Part shown: piece by piece, positions 1 to 12,209 of the stretch
Layout of the letters: each line of letters starts with the position of its first letter
How positions within the stretch are numbered: position 1 is the first letter of the stretch
NCBI RefSeq assembly: GCF_041146345.1
Contig: NW_027191409.1
Coordinates: 1,426,001 to 1,490,000, forward strand
Length of the DNA stretch: 64,000 nucleotides
Origin: Neodothiora populina
Lineage: Eukaryota
Direction of reading: 5' to 3'
Notes under the pieces: model-generated
Told to the model about the DNA's origin: nothing
Databases searched by the model: none
Seen by the model: only the letters and a program-made list of their open reading frames with translations
Translations under genes and position numbers: made by a program

Positions 1-331
1 GACACCACTGAGGGGACCCTCGAGGAGGGAGGGATTGGACCCACGGCCCAGAGAGCTGAGACTGGACCGCGTATCTGGTGTGTGTTGGGGAGGACGCTCT
101 TCTTTGCCTGGTGGCTTACTCTGCTGCTCTGTGCCTGGTGGTCGCCGCTGCTTCTCTATGTTCGATGGTCGCCTCTGCTTCTCTCTGCCTGGTGATTGTG
201 TCTGCTGCTCTATGCCTGGCGGTCTCCCCCCGGCCTCCTCTTCCTCTTCCTTGCGCGCTAGGCTTGGAAGCTGATGCTGAGCTATGTCGGCTATGGCTGC
301 CTGTAACATGCTTGTGCGGTCGTGGCGCCAT
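1..331 (-). pseudogene. Possible 5' part of an orphan gene or pseudogene running off the window edge, with an in-frame TAA at 116-118
   Basis: ATG at 331 (MAPRPHKH...), a 9-aa repeat tract, TAA, then the same frame stays open to base 2. A long pyrimidine-rich leader lies upstream on the minus strand. No recognisable domain. Confidence 0.3.
101..230. repeat. Degenerate 27-bp tandem repeat, about 5 copies
   Basis: Units start at 101, 128, 155, 182 and 209 (e.g. tctgtgcctggtggtcgccgctgcttc, tctatgttcgatggtcgcctctgcttc). On the minus strand they encode 9-aa units such as ATTRHRAAE and TITRQREAE. Confidence 0.85.
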
Positions 332-3300
332 AGCATATGCTTTCGCCAATGCTCTGGGAGATACATAGGACAGAGGACTAAGAGAAAAGTACAACGATAA
401 TTTGGGAGCGGAGGGATCGAAGAGGGTATAGAAGGAAAGAGCATTGGATGCGGATCAGGAATGAATCAGGAAGGACTAGCGTATTGAAAGAGGATCGAAG
501 GAGAAGTCTGAAGGGAAGGCTTGAAATGAGGGATGTAGGAATACAGACTAGAGAAAGTGAATATACGAAGAGAGATCAAGATGACAAAGCCAAAAGAATA
601 GACAGAGAATCATGATGCTTGAGGAAAGAGACCTGGAAAAGAAAATAGGAGAGAACGTGTCAGAGATGAACCACATACACCTATTACCATTCTATATCAA
701 ATGTGAAAAAGCCCATCTTGCAGAATCTGTTCACCTCACTTCTGGTCTAGTATACCAAAGCAGAGCGAAGCGGCGACGACGACGACGACGAGTAGAGTTG
801 AAGTCTGCTCGTTCTCGATACGGGGCTGAACACGTCAAGAGAGAGCAGGCACGTACGTATGGACACTGAGAGCGAAATACCAACTAACCAGTTGAGTACA
901 TGTTCTACACAACTAGAGGAAAGGAGAAAATGTATCAAGAGCCAGGAAAACAATAGTGTCCATCCGGCAAATTTCCATCATCTGAGACTGCAAAGAAGAC
1001 TCCTGGTGGGATTATACTCTAACGACAGCAGTGTAGCTGAGCTGCTGTCTCCTGTTCCTTGCAGTCTTTTTCTTTTCTTCTTTTCTTTCGCATCTCGAAT
1101 ATTGGAAAGCGCAAAATAGAAAAGGGGAGTTTCTCTTTCTACTTCGCTTTTCTTTTCTAGACAGTTCCCCCATGGCATTTCCTGCTTATCGTGAGATAGC
1201 TGCAACTTGCGTGGGAATATGAAGAGAGATAATTCGAAAGTACAGATGTAGCTGTCCACGGACCGGGAAGCATCAGGAACGACGACACGCACAAAGTGCG
1301 GACAATTGTCGCACGTGAACGTGTCGGGTTTGAAGAGGGCAGTAAAAGTAATACTCGACACTGTAGGATCTCTCACAGATTTACAAGAACAGGAAAATGC
1401 GGAGGAGATAAGAATAATGACATAAGATGTTGATAGTCCGGCAAGACTCCTTTTGTTCCAAGTGTAGTGATGTGCTCTGACTAGTATAGGTCAAGCATTG
1501 CAGGACAGAGGAACAAAGTAAAGAAAGTAGGTAGAGAATGCAAGGAAAGTACGCTGCTAGACTTCAAAGGTTGTCCGGCACAGAGAACATATTGCGTTCT
1601 CTTGAAGCTTCAACATTATCATGAAAGGACTTGTGAACAAGGCAGATTTACACATGAAGGCAAAAGGACAAGAAGCAAGTGCTGAATCACAACACCGAGC
1701 ATGATCGACCTTAGGAACAAGTCTTGAGGAGTTCACGACGAGGTGAGCAGGGGAAGAGCAAACTCCCATTTCCTTCCATCCCTAGACCACGCAAGACATG
1801 AGATGCGGAGTTTGACACATGCTGTGGGACCGTAGTCTCATCGGCCAGTACCTACAGAGCCTACTATCTTCGACTTATGTGTGGTCGTCAAAGCGCGATT
1901 AACAGGATGACCGCGGGAGCCCTGAGAATAAGGATAGGCCTGTCGCAGCCTACAGCTTGCAATAGCACATGCAAGTGATCAAGCTGCAATATGTGTCGAA
2001 TTTGCGATCATCCGTGTCAGTCTTGATTGGAAGATCCCTCGGGGATCCTCTGGCGTCAAAATCTTGTTCAGAAGACCTGCAGCTCGAAGGGCACTGGATC
2101 AGGAATTGGCTCCGCATGCAATTGTTGTGAATCCTGTCAACTCTGTTTCTCGTCCCCTGACTATCACTCGTGGTGTCTTGAACACTAACATCAGTTTCTT
2201 GTCAGCTGCGACGTTTCAATAGGTATCCAACGTTCGTTTTCCTAGTACAATGCGGCTTTTAACGACCATTTGCAACCCCACTGCATCTTCTCGTCTAGCT
2301 GCACATTGCTATTGAACACAAATTCTTGGGCCAGAGACAAAACCCGTTACCCCACTGTGGATATTTACCCAAATACACGAAATCCAGGTGTGTAAAAGTT
2401 GAGTGGGAAAAAACTTACGGTGCTTGTGACCTAAGACTAAGGCGACAACAACAACGTCTTGTTGGTGTACAGTACCTGCAGTAGAGAAGCTACCATAGCG
2501 TTGGATTTGAGACGCGACTCGCTTATTCGAGTGGCCTGACATCTTCTGCGCGTACAGTATCTCTCGTAAGTCGGTCCGCAGTCACCTACGAACGGACCCT
2601 CCAACGGGTCGCTGTCCAAGACCTCACGCAAGAGTTCATGATTCAAGAAGGAAAATCGTCGAATTGCCGAGGGTCGCCACGATGGTATGGATAAGGCTAT
2701 CTTCCGAGCGTGCGAATCCCTCATGCACTGCGATACTAAAGATATGATATACTTCGCTACGCGAACATACAACAGCTTATGCCACCTGAACAAGTCGGTT
2801 GTGAAAGCTTTTGTAAGGCATGCAGAGTGAGCTTGCATCCTACCCTGTTGTCGATCATGCCCGTACCTGGATTACGGGACTGTCACACTCGTACACGTAC
2901 ATTAGTCTCTCCCATGTGTGGGGTGGACTTGCTATGCTGTACAGTCATGGTTTTTCCAAGTTTGAATGTGCCTCGTATCTTATAGCATGCGCGAGTGCAG
3001 ATCGTACATGCATGAAGGTGGAGTAGTAGTGGAGCAGTCTTCAGATAGACCAAGTTGACAGTCGTCTCATGCAACTACCCGCCCATCATGACTTAGGCTT
3101 CTCGACTACCAAGACGCCAGAGATACGGTGTTCGGGCTTTTGTGCCTGCCATTCGCCCGTAAAGCTATTGTACTGTAAAGGAGGGTACGAGAGCTCAATT
3201 GTTGCCCTGCATAAGGTTAGTTATGGGACCCTGTGAGCTACTGTATGCGACGCGGACGCAAGAGAGTCATGATCCAAAGCATACCAGGTAGGTAAGGTAT

Positions 3301-3399
3301 CTTGGCTAGCTTACCTTGAGGAACCGCTGAGAAATTTCCTCCGTCCGGCCACAGAGCACAATACTGGGCTAACCTCCATCGAATTTGCGGTATGAGCGA

Positions 3400-4600
3400 T
3401 TACATCACGGCCTGCTCACAAAGAATGCCAAGCTTGACCCTTCACACATGTACAATTAGGTATCTTTGTATAGAATCTTGCTTATCGCATGGGGTATGCG
3501 GCGATCTCCTTGGATCGCTTGAGATCTGCGGCTAAGGGAAGGCCCGGCGTGGATCTAGTGCAAAAGACGGTTGAGGGCGAGAAGGTACCGTACAATCGTA
3601 CTTCGGCATATCCGTCTCCGTTCCTCTTCCTGCTCAAAAATATACGGATATTTCATGTGTGTCGGCTAAGTACCTTACATCTAGCCAGGTGTGATTGGTA
3701 GCATTCGTCGAGTGATCAATACTGCATTCAGCATGAAGGTTGATCTTGATCTGCCCTGATGATCTCTCCTAGATTTCTCCGCTTGTTATTGCCTTATACA
3801 AGAGATGTAGGAAAGCAGAGGACCCGAAGCTTCGGATCAATCGGAGCCACTGCAATGACTCCCAAGTCTTCCAAATCTTGACATCGTCCTTAAGACGCGT
3901 CCACGTTGTTACTGTTCGTCCGCAAAACGACGAGCCGTGTACCATACAGGAGCGCCTCGAAGTCGTTAATTTCGCAATCAGACGCCGAATAGCCAGATCC
4001 TTGTCCACATTGTATAAGCCTTCGTCATGGGCACTGTACTGGTTTTCATCCAGGGTGTCACCCCAAGGTGCGTGCTTTCGCTACCCCTTACGGCCGAGCG
4101 GCTCGATCTATGACCCCGTCGTCCCTCAAGGTATCAGGTATCCATACGGTAGTCTTGAATCGAGGTGCCCAACCAGGGCCAGGAGCGGTCCGCGCCGTGG
4201 TCAGGTGGTCGGAGAATCCCCATGATTCATAATCATTGCTATGTTTCTTTTGAGATAAAGCAATTATCAATGTTCTTATTAGTCGCACGGGTGGCTTGTG
4301 ATGAGACGGCTTGGTCGCTCGGTGGGCTACAGTATACCTCGAATGCGAAATTCTGCCATCAGTTTGGTGTGACTTAAGCTACGCAACGAATGACGGCTGC
4401 CGCCGCTGTGGATTGTATCAGCAAGGGTCGTCGGCACGGCGGACATGATGTAGGCTTTTGTAGGAAGACCACCACATTTCCGTACACCTTGATGCATTTC
4501 ATCGATGAATTTGGAATAAGCAGCTTCCAGAAGTCCTTCCGGCATGATCAGTACCTGTCTCTGGTTGCACACAACATGAGCAGCACTTGAGCTACTGCAC
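3400..4600 (-). pseudogene. Possible decayed coding relic of unknown identity
   Basis: Successive minus-strand ORF fragments (4327-4572, 4088-4288, 3769-4008) with protein-like composition, broken by stops and frame changes. No family recognised. Confidence 0.2.
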
Positions 4601-6470
4601 TATGAAGCAAGAGCACAGTAAATTTGCACATGAGCAAGGATCCTGAGGCGGGATGGTGTCATCGGCGGACGTTACCCTGGCTGTGCATCTTACCCAGCAC
4701 GAAGGTAACATTGCGGATTGCTGAACAAGTATCCCTTCTGACGGGAGAACAACTTGCAACCCCCGCCCACATTCTACATTTGCACTATTGCATTACCCAA
4801 GTGTGGAACTGTGGGTACCTGCAAGTAATTATAATCGCTGACTCGATGAACTGCTCTGAGGTTTCACTCCCCCGTCAGATCTGTTCCGCTCATCTGGCTC
4901 CTGAAACGCAAGATCCGTGTGCTGAACGGAGGCTCTTCGGCAGCAGCATTGCTGCTGCAAGTCATCGTCTCGACCGAAGGCCTAATTATGGAACATGGTT
5001 AAGCTGATTGACTTTTGTTAACACAGGCCTTGATGTGAGCACAGCCAAGGATACTCCGAAGATTCTTCGAAGATATTTCCCAGTAGGCAATGCCTAGCCG
5101 TCATTGACTTAACAGCCATGAGATCACCAACATGTAATTTGTTTGCGAGGTACGTCTAGGCCCATGTGCTCGTGGCGGCAAAGGCCCAAGAAGCCTAGGA
5201 GTACAAACTCTGTACAGGTACATTTCGAACCAGTCCTGATCCGTGAGGCCTTTGCAGAGGATTCATTCAAAGTCCGTGAGGCAAGTGACGGTAGCAGATT
5301 GCCGCTCTAGTCCACTGCCCTCTCCGGTGCCGATCGTCCATTCGAGCAAGTCGCCTACCCATGTACAGAATACAATGGCACCCCGGACAGTACTTTGTAT
5401 ACCATGGGCCTAGATAGCATCCTGAACCGGTCAATCGCTTGCCCTCACCTTTCTTATTGGGACCGCCAAGTGGACGGCCGTTTGAGCTAAAGGTGGACAC
5501 AGATTTGGTGGGGAAAGATATGGCACGTTTTGCCGCTCACATGATTTGGCGTGAAAAGCGCGCTTGCCCGACCGTTGGCAGGCCTGATAGGAACGGATCC
5601 GCTTACTTGGGTGATGAACAAGTCTGGAAATTATGCGAAGCTGATAGACGTGTTGTTTACGAAGGACGTTTTTAACAGGAATGCTACTTGCACCTGCTTT
5701 GCAACGGCGAGTCCACTGGTGGGTATTGATCGTCGTATGTCGTGCAAAATCACACGTCTCCTCTCATGGCTGTGGAGTGATGTGCCGTACTCGTATCATT
5801 GGACAAGTCTTTTGAGCTACCTCTCCACATGCTCAGACAGGAGGTCAGCTAGTGTACGTTTTCGGGCTGGGTTGGAACTCGCGAGAATGGTTGGATATTT
5901 AGATACAAGAATAAGACGGTGATAAGATAGCAAAGTGATAGTGACTTGGACGCTGACCGGCAGTCGTTCCCTTCTGGTAGAGCTAGAGTACATGTGCGAT
6001 TGCAGTGCTTTGTAGAGATGACCAAGGAAAACGCTTAGTGGTATCAAAGTGAATGAAGATAGAGAGAATTGAGAAAATGTAAAAAAGATCCCAAGCCAGC
6101 CACTGAGAGGCGTGAAGCTTGTCTGATACGACTACAGAAGAAGATGATCGAAACCCCCTTCGCCCTTCTAATGTACTCCCACGATTTCCTTGTAGTGATA
6201 ATATGTAACAGATGAATGAACTTAAAGCCCCCTTCCGACTGCGAGTCAGGAAGGTGCCGATGAGGATTGACAAGAAGAGAAGTTAAAACAATATCAGCGC
6301 AGTCGCTAGCGGTCCTGAGTCCTTTGCGACTGGTCCGCAATGTGCGAAGGAACTTTTCAGGCTGCTCAAAAACAAAACCCCTGTAACCGCCAGAAACTGT
6401 GCGGTGAAGTGTAGAATGACAATGACATGAACTTCGTTAATGGCGAGGCCAGTGGATAAGTGATACCCGA

Positions 6471-8281
6471 TCACTCATCTCTCTTCCTCTTCCTTTGGGA
6501 CTGGAGGTCCTCGGAGGTCTCGTAGTCCGATGAGCTGCTGCTGCCGCTTGAGGGGTTAAGCTCGGCGGTGCGATCGTAAAGCATGACACCAAGATCGCTA
6601 GCGTCGGGAGAGCCACTCTTGGGGCGGAGGACGCCTGATCCGACATCCGGTGCGTTCACTGCCATCTCCATGGCGGAGTTGTTCATGTTTGATAGAACAC
6701 CCATGATCATGGTTCCTGCTCCGTGAGTGCGCTGGTGCTGGCTGAGGTTGTCGCTTCGGCTGAACTTCTTGCCGCAGTCGGTACACTCGAAAGGCTTCTC
6801 GTGAGTGTGGAGAGAGCGGTAGTGACGCTTGAGATGCTCCTGTCTGCGGAAGCGGCGAGAGCAGAGAGTGCAGACGAAGGTCTTGGAGGGGTCCTCGGTG
6901 AGAGACTGCTTGCGACCACGGCGGGCAGTGTTGGAGGCGCTTGCAGCAGACTGCTCCTGGAGAGATGAGCTGGAGGAGTGGGAGTGAGAGTGGGAGGAGT
7001 GGCTGCTGGGCACAGTGTGCTGGTTCTGCTCCGAGGACTGGACAGCGGCGACGTTGTGCTGCGAGAGTCTCGCCGGTCGCTTGCGAATGGGAGTCATATC
7101 AGCAGACATGGAGTCGGCGAAGGAGAAGTCCGAGCGGCAAGGAGAGAAGGTAAGGTCTTCGTCGCTGAAGCTCTCCTCGGAGAAGCAGAAAGAGACGTTC
7201 TCGGTAGGGGCGGCGAAGCCAGAGTCGAGTCTCTGACGCTTGATGCCGGTGGTGTTGAAGTCGTCCTCGACGTCGAGCTCGAACAGAGGCTCAAAGGTAG
7301 GAAGGCCGTTGATTCCCATAAAGTCGGATGCGACAGGAGGCTCGACGCTCTTTGATGGAACGTAGTCTCCCTGAAGGATCTTGTGCTCCTCGTCATCACC
7401 AGCACAGAGAGTGGGCATGCACGAGTAAGAGTTGCTCGGGACAGTGAGAGTGCGGGGATCACACACGCTCTCAGAGATGGCCGATGTGGGGATAGGCGAC
7501 GGCGATGGTGAGAGCGATGGGCAAGACGAAGCAGAGAGCATGTATGAGTTCTCGGGCACGGCCGAATTGGGATGCAGATACACTGTAGCAGGGAAATCCG
7601 AGTCAGTCAGGGTCCACATGACGAGAGACAGAGAGATTGGAAAGTCTATTTTTAGGGCACAGCCAACCCAATGTACCAAAGTACCTGCGCCCACTGCGTT
7701 TCAGAATTGGGATTACGAGTCTTACCTGGGGTCATTGGTGGTGAAGTCGACTTTGCCCAGTCACCGCTGTTGAGTACGTCGGAGAACATGTCGTCGTCGC
7801 AGGCCTGCTTCATGCCGTCGAAGCTGAGGTACATGTCGTTGTTGGGAGTGGGCAGCAGAGGGTAGGCGGGCTGAGGGCTGTCTGAGCTGATGCTGCTGGT
7901 CGAGGACAGAGTGGGAGTCGCTGGTCCAAAGCGGTATTCACCACCGCAGTCGGCCTCGATGGGCATCATGCAGTGCTGCATGTCCTGGTGGACGAGGATG
8001 GTGGGTCTCTGTTGCATATCTCTCATCGGTGATGCGGCAGGCGTGAGCATTGCTTGTGAGATGTACTGAGGCTGTGAGTGGAAGAGCATATGTGACGATC
8101 GAGGCCTGGAAGGTGTGTAGGGTTGAGAGAAGTAGTCCTGGGGCTGCTGAGACTGCATGTAGAATTGGCCTTGCTGCTGTTGCTGGTATTGCTGGTGTTG
8201 TCTGGCCTTGTCGGATTCTGGGTTGAAGTAGTAGAAGGGAGATTGAAGAGAGGCCTGGGCCATTGTATATTGATGTTCCAT
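6471..8281 (-). CDS. seb1: C2H2 zinc-finger stress-response transcription factor, Seb1/SebA/Msn2-like; exons 8281-7726 and 7582-6471, about 555 aa
   Basis: Two C2H2 fingers ([47 protein letters not shown]) preceded by [14 protein letters not shown]. Intron 7725-7583 (GTAAGA...CTGAC...CAG) joins SPPMTP to VYLHP in frame. Confidence 0.92.
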
Positions 8282-8299
8282 TGTGGAGGTTCAGGCAAT

Positions 8300-8370
8300 C
8301 TTGGAACACGGGTCAGGCCAGGTGTCGAGGCTTATTAGGCGATATGACGCCGGTCTAACTTAGAACATAC
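8300..8370 (-). other. Probable 5'-UTR intron of the seb1-like gene (71 bp)
   Basis: GTATGT donor at 8370, CCTGAC branch site and AAG acceptor at 8300, 18 nt before the ATG. Confidence 0.55.
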
Positions 8371-11300
8371 CAATTTAATACTTGATTAACCCGGGAGGGA
8401 AAATGTAAATTTAGGTGGATTTGTGAAATTGGTCCGTAGTGATGGGAATATAATATTCGGTGTGCAAGTTCAATGCAAAGGATTGGAATGGGGGTTTTGG
8501 GTATGTAAGGATTGACTGGTCGAGGAAGAGGTTCGATGTGGTTTGGTAGACGAGAGAGTAGTAATATGGTGGTGTGCAGACAAGTGACGTGCTAGTGTGG
8601 ATATATGATTGCTATCGGCATACAGCAAAAGAATGTTCGGTGGCCCAAGGGAGACTAGCCAAGGTTGGTGAGAAAAGCAATGAGAGTGATAATCTGACCC
8701 TGTCGACTTGAAGGCTGAAACGAATGGTATTCAGACGGGGGTGGAAGGAGATACAAGTAGTGATCGCCCTACTCGAAACAGGCGGGACGAATTGCATTGT
8801 AGCCGGTGCGATCATGACTGCTGGAGAAGCCTCGGAGTCTACTTCGTGTGGGTACGCAGAACGAGCAACTTGGGAGCACAGGCGCTGAGAACAGACAAGG
8901 TCACTGCACGCGCACCAACGCGTCCCTCGTCTCGCTGGCCGATTTACCCCTGCACCTTACCATGCACCTTAATTGCTAGCGGCCGTGGCCCTGCACTAAG
9001 CGCTGCTGGTACATTAAGGTACCTTAGCCTCTCTTGCACGCGGACCGCCACAACATGGTCACGACGGCGGCGAAGCCAATTCGGCTTGTGCTCGAATCTG
9101 GTGGGAATACACCTCTGAAGCATCTTCTTGCTCGCCCAACTTGGCCACGACCAGAGACTCGCACTTTTTGCCCTGTCGAATCCATCTCCGCTACTGCATG
9201 TTCTAATGCACGCCTGCAGGACACCCCCCTTGCTGCTGGGATTTGACTTTGTTGATCCCACGTGGAAAGGTCACTCGATTAGCATATCCAACACTCATGC
9301 CAAATCTGGCCGTCGGATTATGTCCAGGTAGTACTTCGTACCTGGCACCGAACAAGTCATGACTGTCGGATCAGACCTCTCTTGATCTTCTTGTTGGAAT
9401 AACTGCTTTACATGACTAGCTGCTCATCCATAACGTCCACGGCTCGCCTATCTTTCAATCCCGTACTGTATTTTGATTTGGATTATCGTTATGTACCCGC
9501 GTACCTTTCCACCTGCCTTACCGTAAGATACTCTCAGGTACTGTACCTTACCTACGTGATCAATGTACAAGCTGTGAAGTAGACATGCATCACAAACGCC
9601 GTTTGTCAGGTGCGGCCGTCGAAATCCGCTCAGCCGTCAACATGCCATTCACAATCGTCAATCATGGTGGCGTCGCGTAGCATTCCACTTCTTCTCCCCC
9701 CAATCGATTGCAAGCACTGCACAATCGCCGGTGCCGCCACCCAAACGGGCAAACAGGAAACAAAAAAAAAGGCAGCGGATCAACCTCGCCACTGGTCGGT
9801 CGCAAGCTGTGCATTATCCGCGATATCATTGCAGCCGTATCATTTGCTGCCTCTACATCAGTAATGTACCTCAGCTCTATGGGCAGGTATGATATAGGAT
9901 TGTCATTGGTATTGGAGCACTGTGCGCTAAGCTTGGCCGCTATACGTATACGCGCTGTGCTTGGCCAATCACTCGACGAAAGCACTCGGTCTGCCAGCTG
10001 TAGCGTGTAAGCGCAGCGTCGTCAGTGTTAAGTGATCAGTCATTTCGGTGTCAAGGCGCACTTAGGCCGCCTGCATACTATGCTGTCGGATGACAGCTTC
10101 CACGGAACCTTTCTCGAAGCCATCGCTACGTTCAGATATATTATTTCATGTTTATCACTTGTGGCAGTGTGGTGAGGCAATAATCTACGCTCGAATAATT
10201 CTGAAACGAGACCCTGGAATCAGGTTGTCTCTCGTGATGACTTGGCTTGCTCTCATTTGCTGCTTGGCCGTGTGATTCCCCAGCTTTCTCAGGCCCAGCG
10301 TTTCACACAGAGCAAATCCTGCCCGTACCTGTCTTTCTCGAAGCACTCGAGTTCTGATCTTCATCGGCCATCGCAACTTCCGACGTCAATACTACCATAC
10401 GCAATATCAGAATAAGTCATATAGTGCTCACGTCTTGCCGAGCGCCAGGTTCGAATGTGTGCTTGAGCTAGGAGCTCCCGCTATCACGCCCCCATCAGCC
10501 GCCGCGCCTGACACGCTTTCGCCGTCGGTTGACCTGACCACCTTTCTGGGTACAACAAGAAAGAAACGCACCCCCACTGTACATAACCGTATCGCCGTGT
10601 GGTGGCTTCTTCGGAGAACTTCGATTCGAAGTCAGCCAAAAATCCAAATAGTGTGATAGCGTTGTGGCTCAGTATGGCCTCACGAAAGCTCGAGCAAGGG
10701 CTTTATCAACTACATTGGCATCGGCGATCTGATGCCGGAATACTCTTCCGATGGTATGATAGTAGTGCGCAGTAAGGTGGGTGCGAGATGGGTGGAATAG
10801 GAATTACGTGTATCTACAGTTTCGTGGCTGCGGAATGAGACGAGGGACCTGGCACGGAGCAGAAAATACGGCAATGACTTTTTGGAGCGCTGAGAGACAT
10901 AGGCCGTGACATTCGGGGTCCATTAGGCACCTGGAAGGATTCTGACCGTTCCATGAGATCGATGATCTGCAAAGTTCTAGCTGCAATGAGAAGCAGCTCA
11001 ATGCAGGAACGCAGCACTAAATACGTGTGTCCAGAACATGGTACGGGAGCGGATAAAAGTCCCGAGCCCTGGGCCCTGGGAAGATTGAATGATGGGGGGG
11101 TATCTGGACAATTCGTCACTTTGCGTCAATCGTGACATTCGGATGCCGTCAGCGATTTCGAAATAAATGCATAGGATTTTGTCCTCGGGATTGCGAGCAG
11201 AGAGTTACTCCGTGGTGACGACGGCCACATCAGTCAGTGGCTTTGGCAAACATCAATGCTGTCTTTTCCACCAAGAGCTTGAACCATTTTGGAATGCGCG

Positions 11301-12209
11301 AGTCTGAGTGTATCAAAGGGTCCCACCTGCCCTTCTTGAAATGGAGTCAAGTCAATCTCGCCGGGGAACAGAATTAGCGGAGCTTAGCGCTTCCTGAGAT
11401 CACACTGTGGCATGCTCCACGTCGACGCGATGTCGCCAAACTCAAGACCGACGACTCGCCGACGGTTTCTGGGAATTGCCCATTAGGGCTTAGGGCCCTC
11501 ACGCGGGATTCACGCTTTCACGTGACTACGTGGCTATACCGCGGAGCATATAGGCTTCTGCACGTCGCCTTGGCACAAGATCTCGTTTGTCTTATCCCTT
11601 ATCGACGGGAGCGCGGGTCAAGCCTTTTCCTCTCCGCCGCTACTCCACCTCCCATGACAGCAGTTATGGCCAACAATAACCCAGGAGAAATACTTTTTTA
11701 GCCTCATGCAAGTGATCCCCTTAGTGGAGGATGGACAAGCCTCTGTCGAGTCGCATTGTGGGAATCATGACTCTTCTGGACCTCTGTACTAGGTGGAAAG
11801 GACCCCACTAATCACCACATTGAGCATTTCTGCGCTTTTTGGCCCTGTCGATAGTTCTGCCGAGCCCTGCCTTCCCTGCCTTTTGGTTATAGATCCAGCC
11901 CCTGGTAAGCAAGTCTTTGTAAAGATTTGCTGAGCAGAAGCACCCCCTATGTGCTTAATTGGGATCCTGGACCGGCTGCGATTACCATATCGCAGCTATC
12001 GGATCGCGATCTACACTACCGTCACCCCTCTTCCATCTCGTAAGGTCTATACCGGGTTTATACATACTGTTAAAGGTGCAATTTCACGTCAGGGGGTGTG
12101 GTCCGGATTTTCCAATGCACAACAACGTCTCTCATTTCTCGCTTGCTGTGTACCTTTAACGGTTCAACGTATTCTGGATAAACAAGCAAGAGTATGGCAA
12201 ATGTTCTTT

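Noticed and set aside
101..230. Repeat array considered as CRISPR-like
   Set aside because: Head-to-tail degenerate units with no spacers, no cas genes and a eukaryotic context.
4455..4490. VRKCGGLPT resembling the NB-ARC GLPL motif
   Set aside because: No P-loop or other NB-ARC motif is visible at suitable spacing; a short match can arise by chance.
7648..7658. 11-mer GCCCTAAAAAT shared by the seb1 intron and the NAT9-like intron (33463-33473)
   Set aside because: Flanks are unrelated; a single 11-mer found after the fact is compatible with chance.
11483..11495. TTAGGG-C-TTAGGG telomere-like doublet
   Set aside because: Only two units and out of register; not evidence of a telomere or fusion scar.
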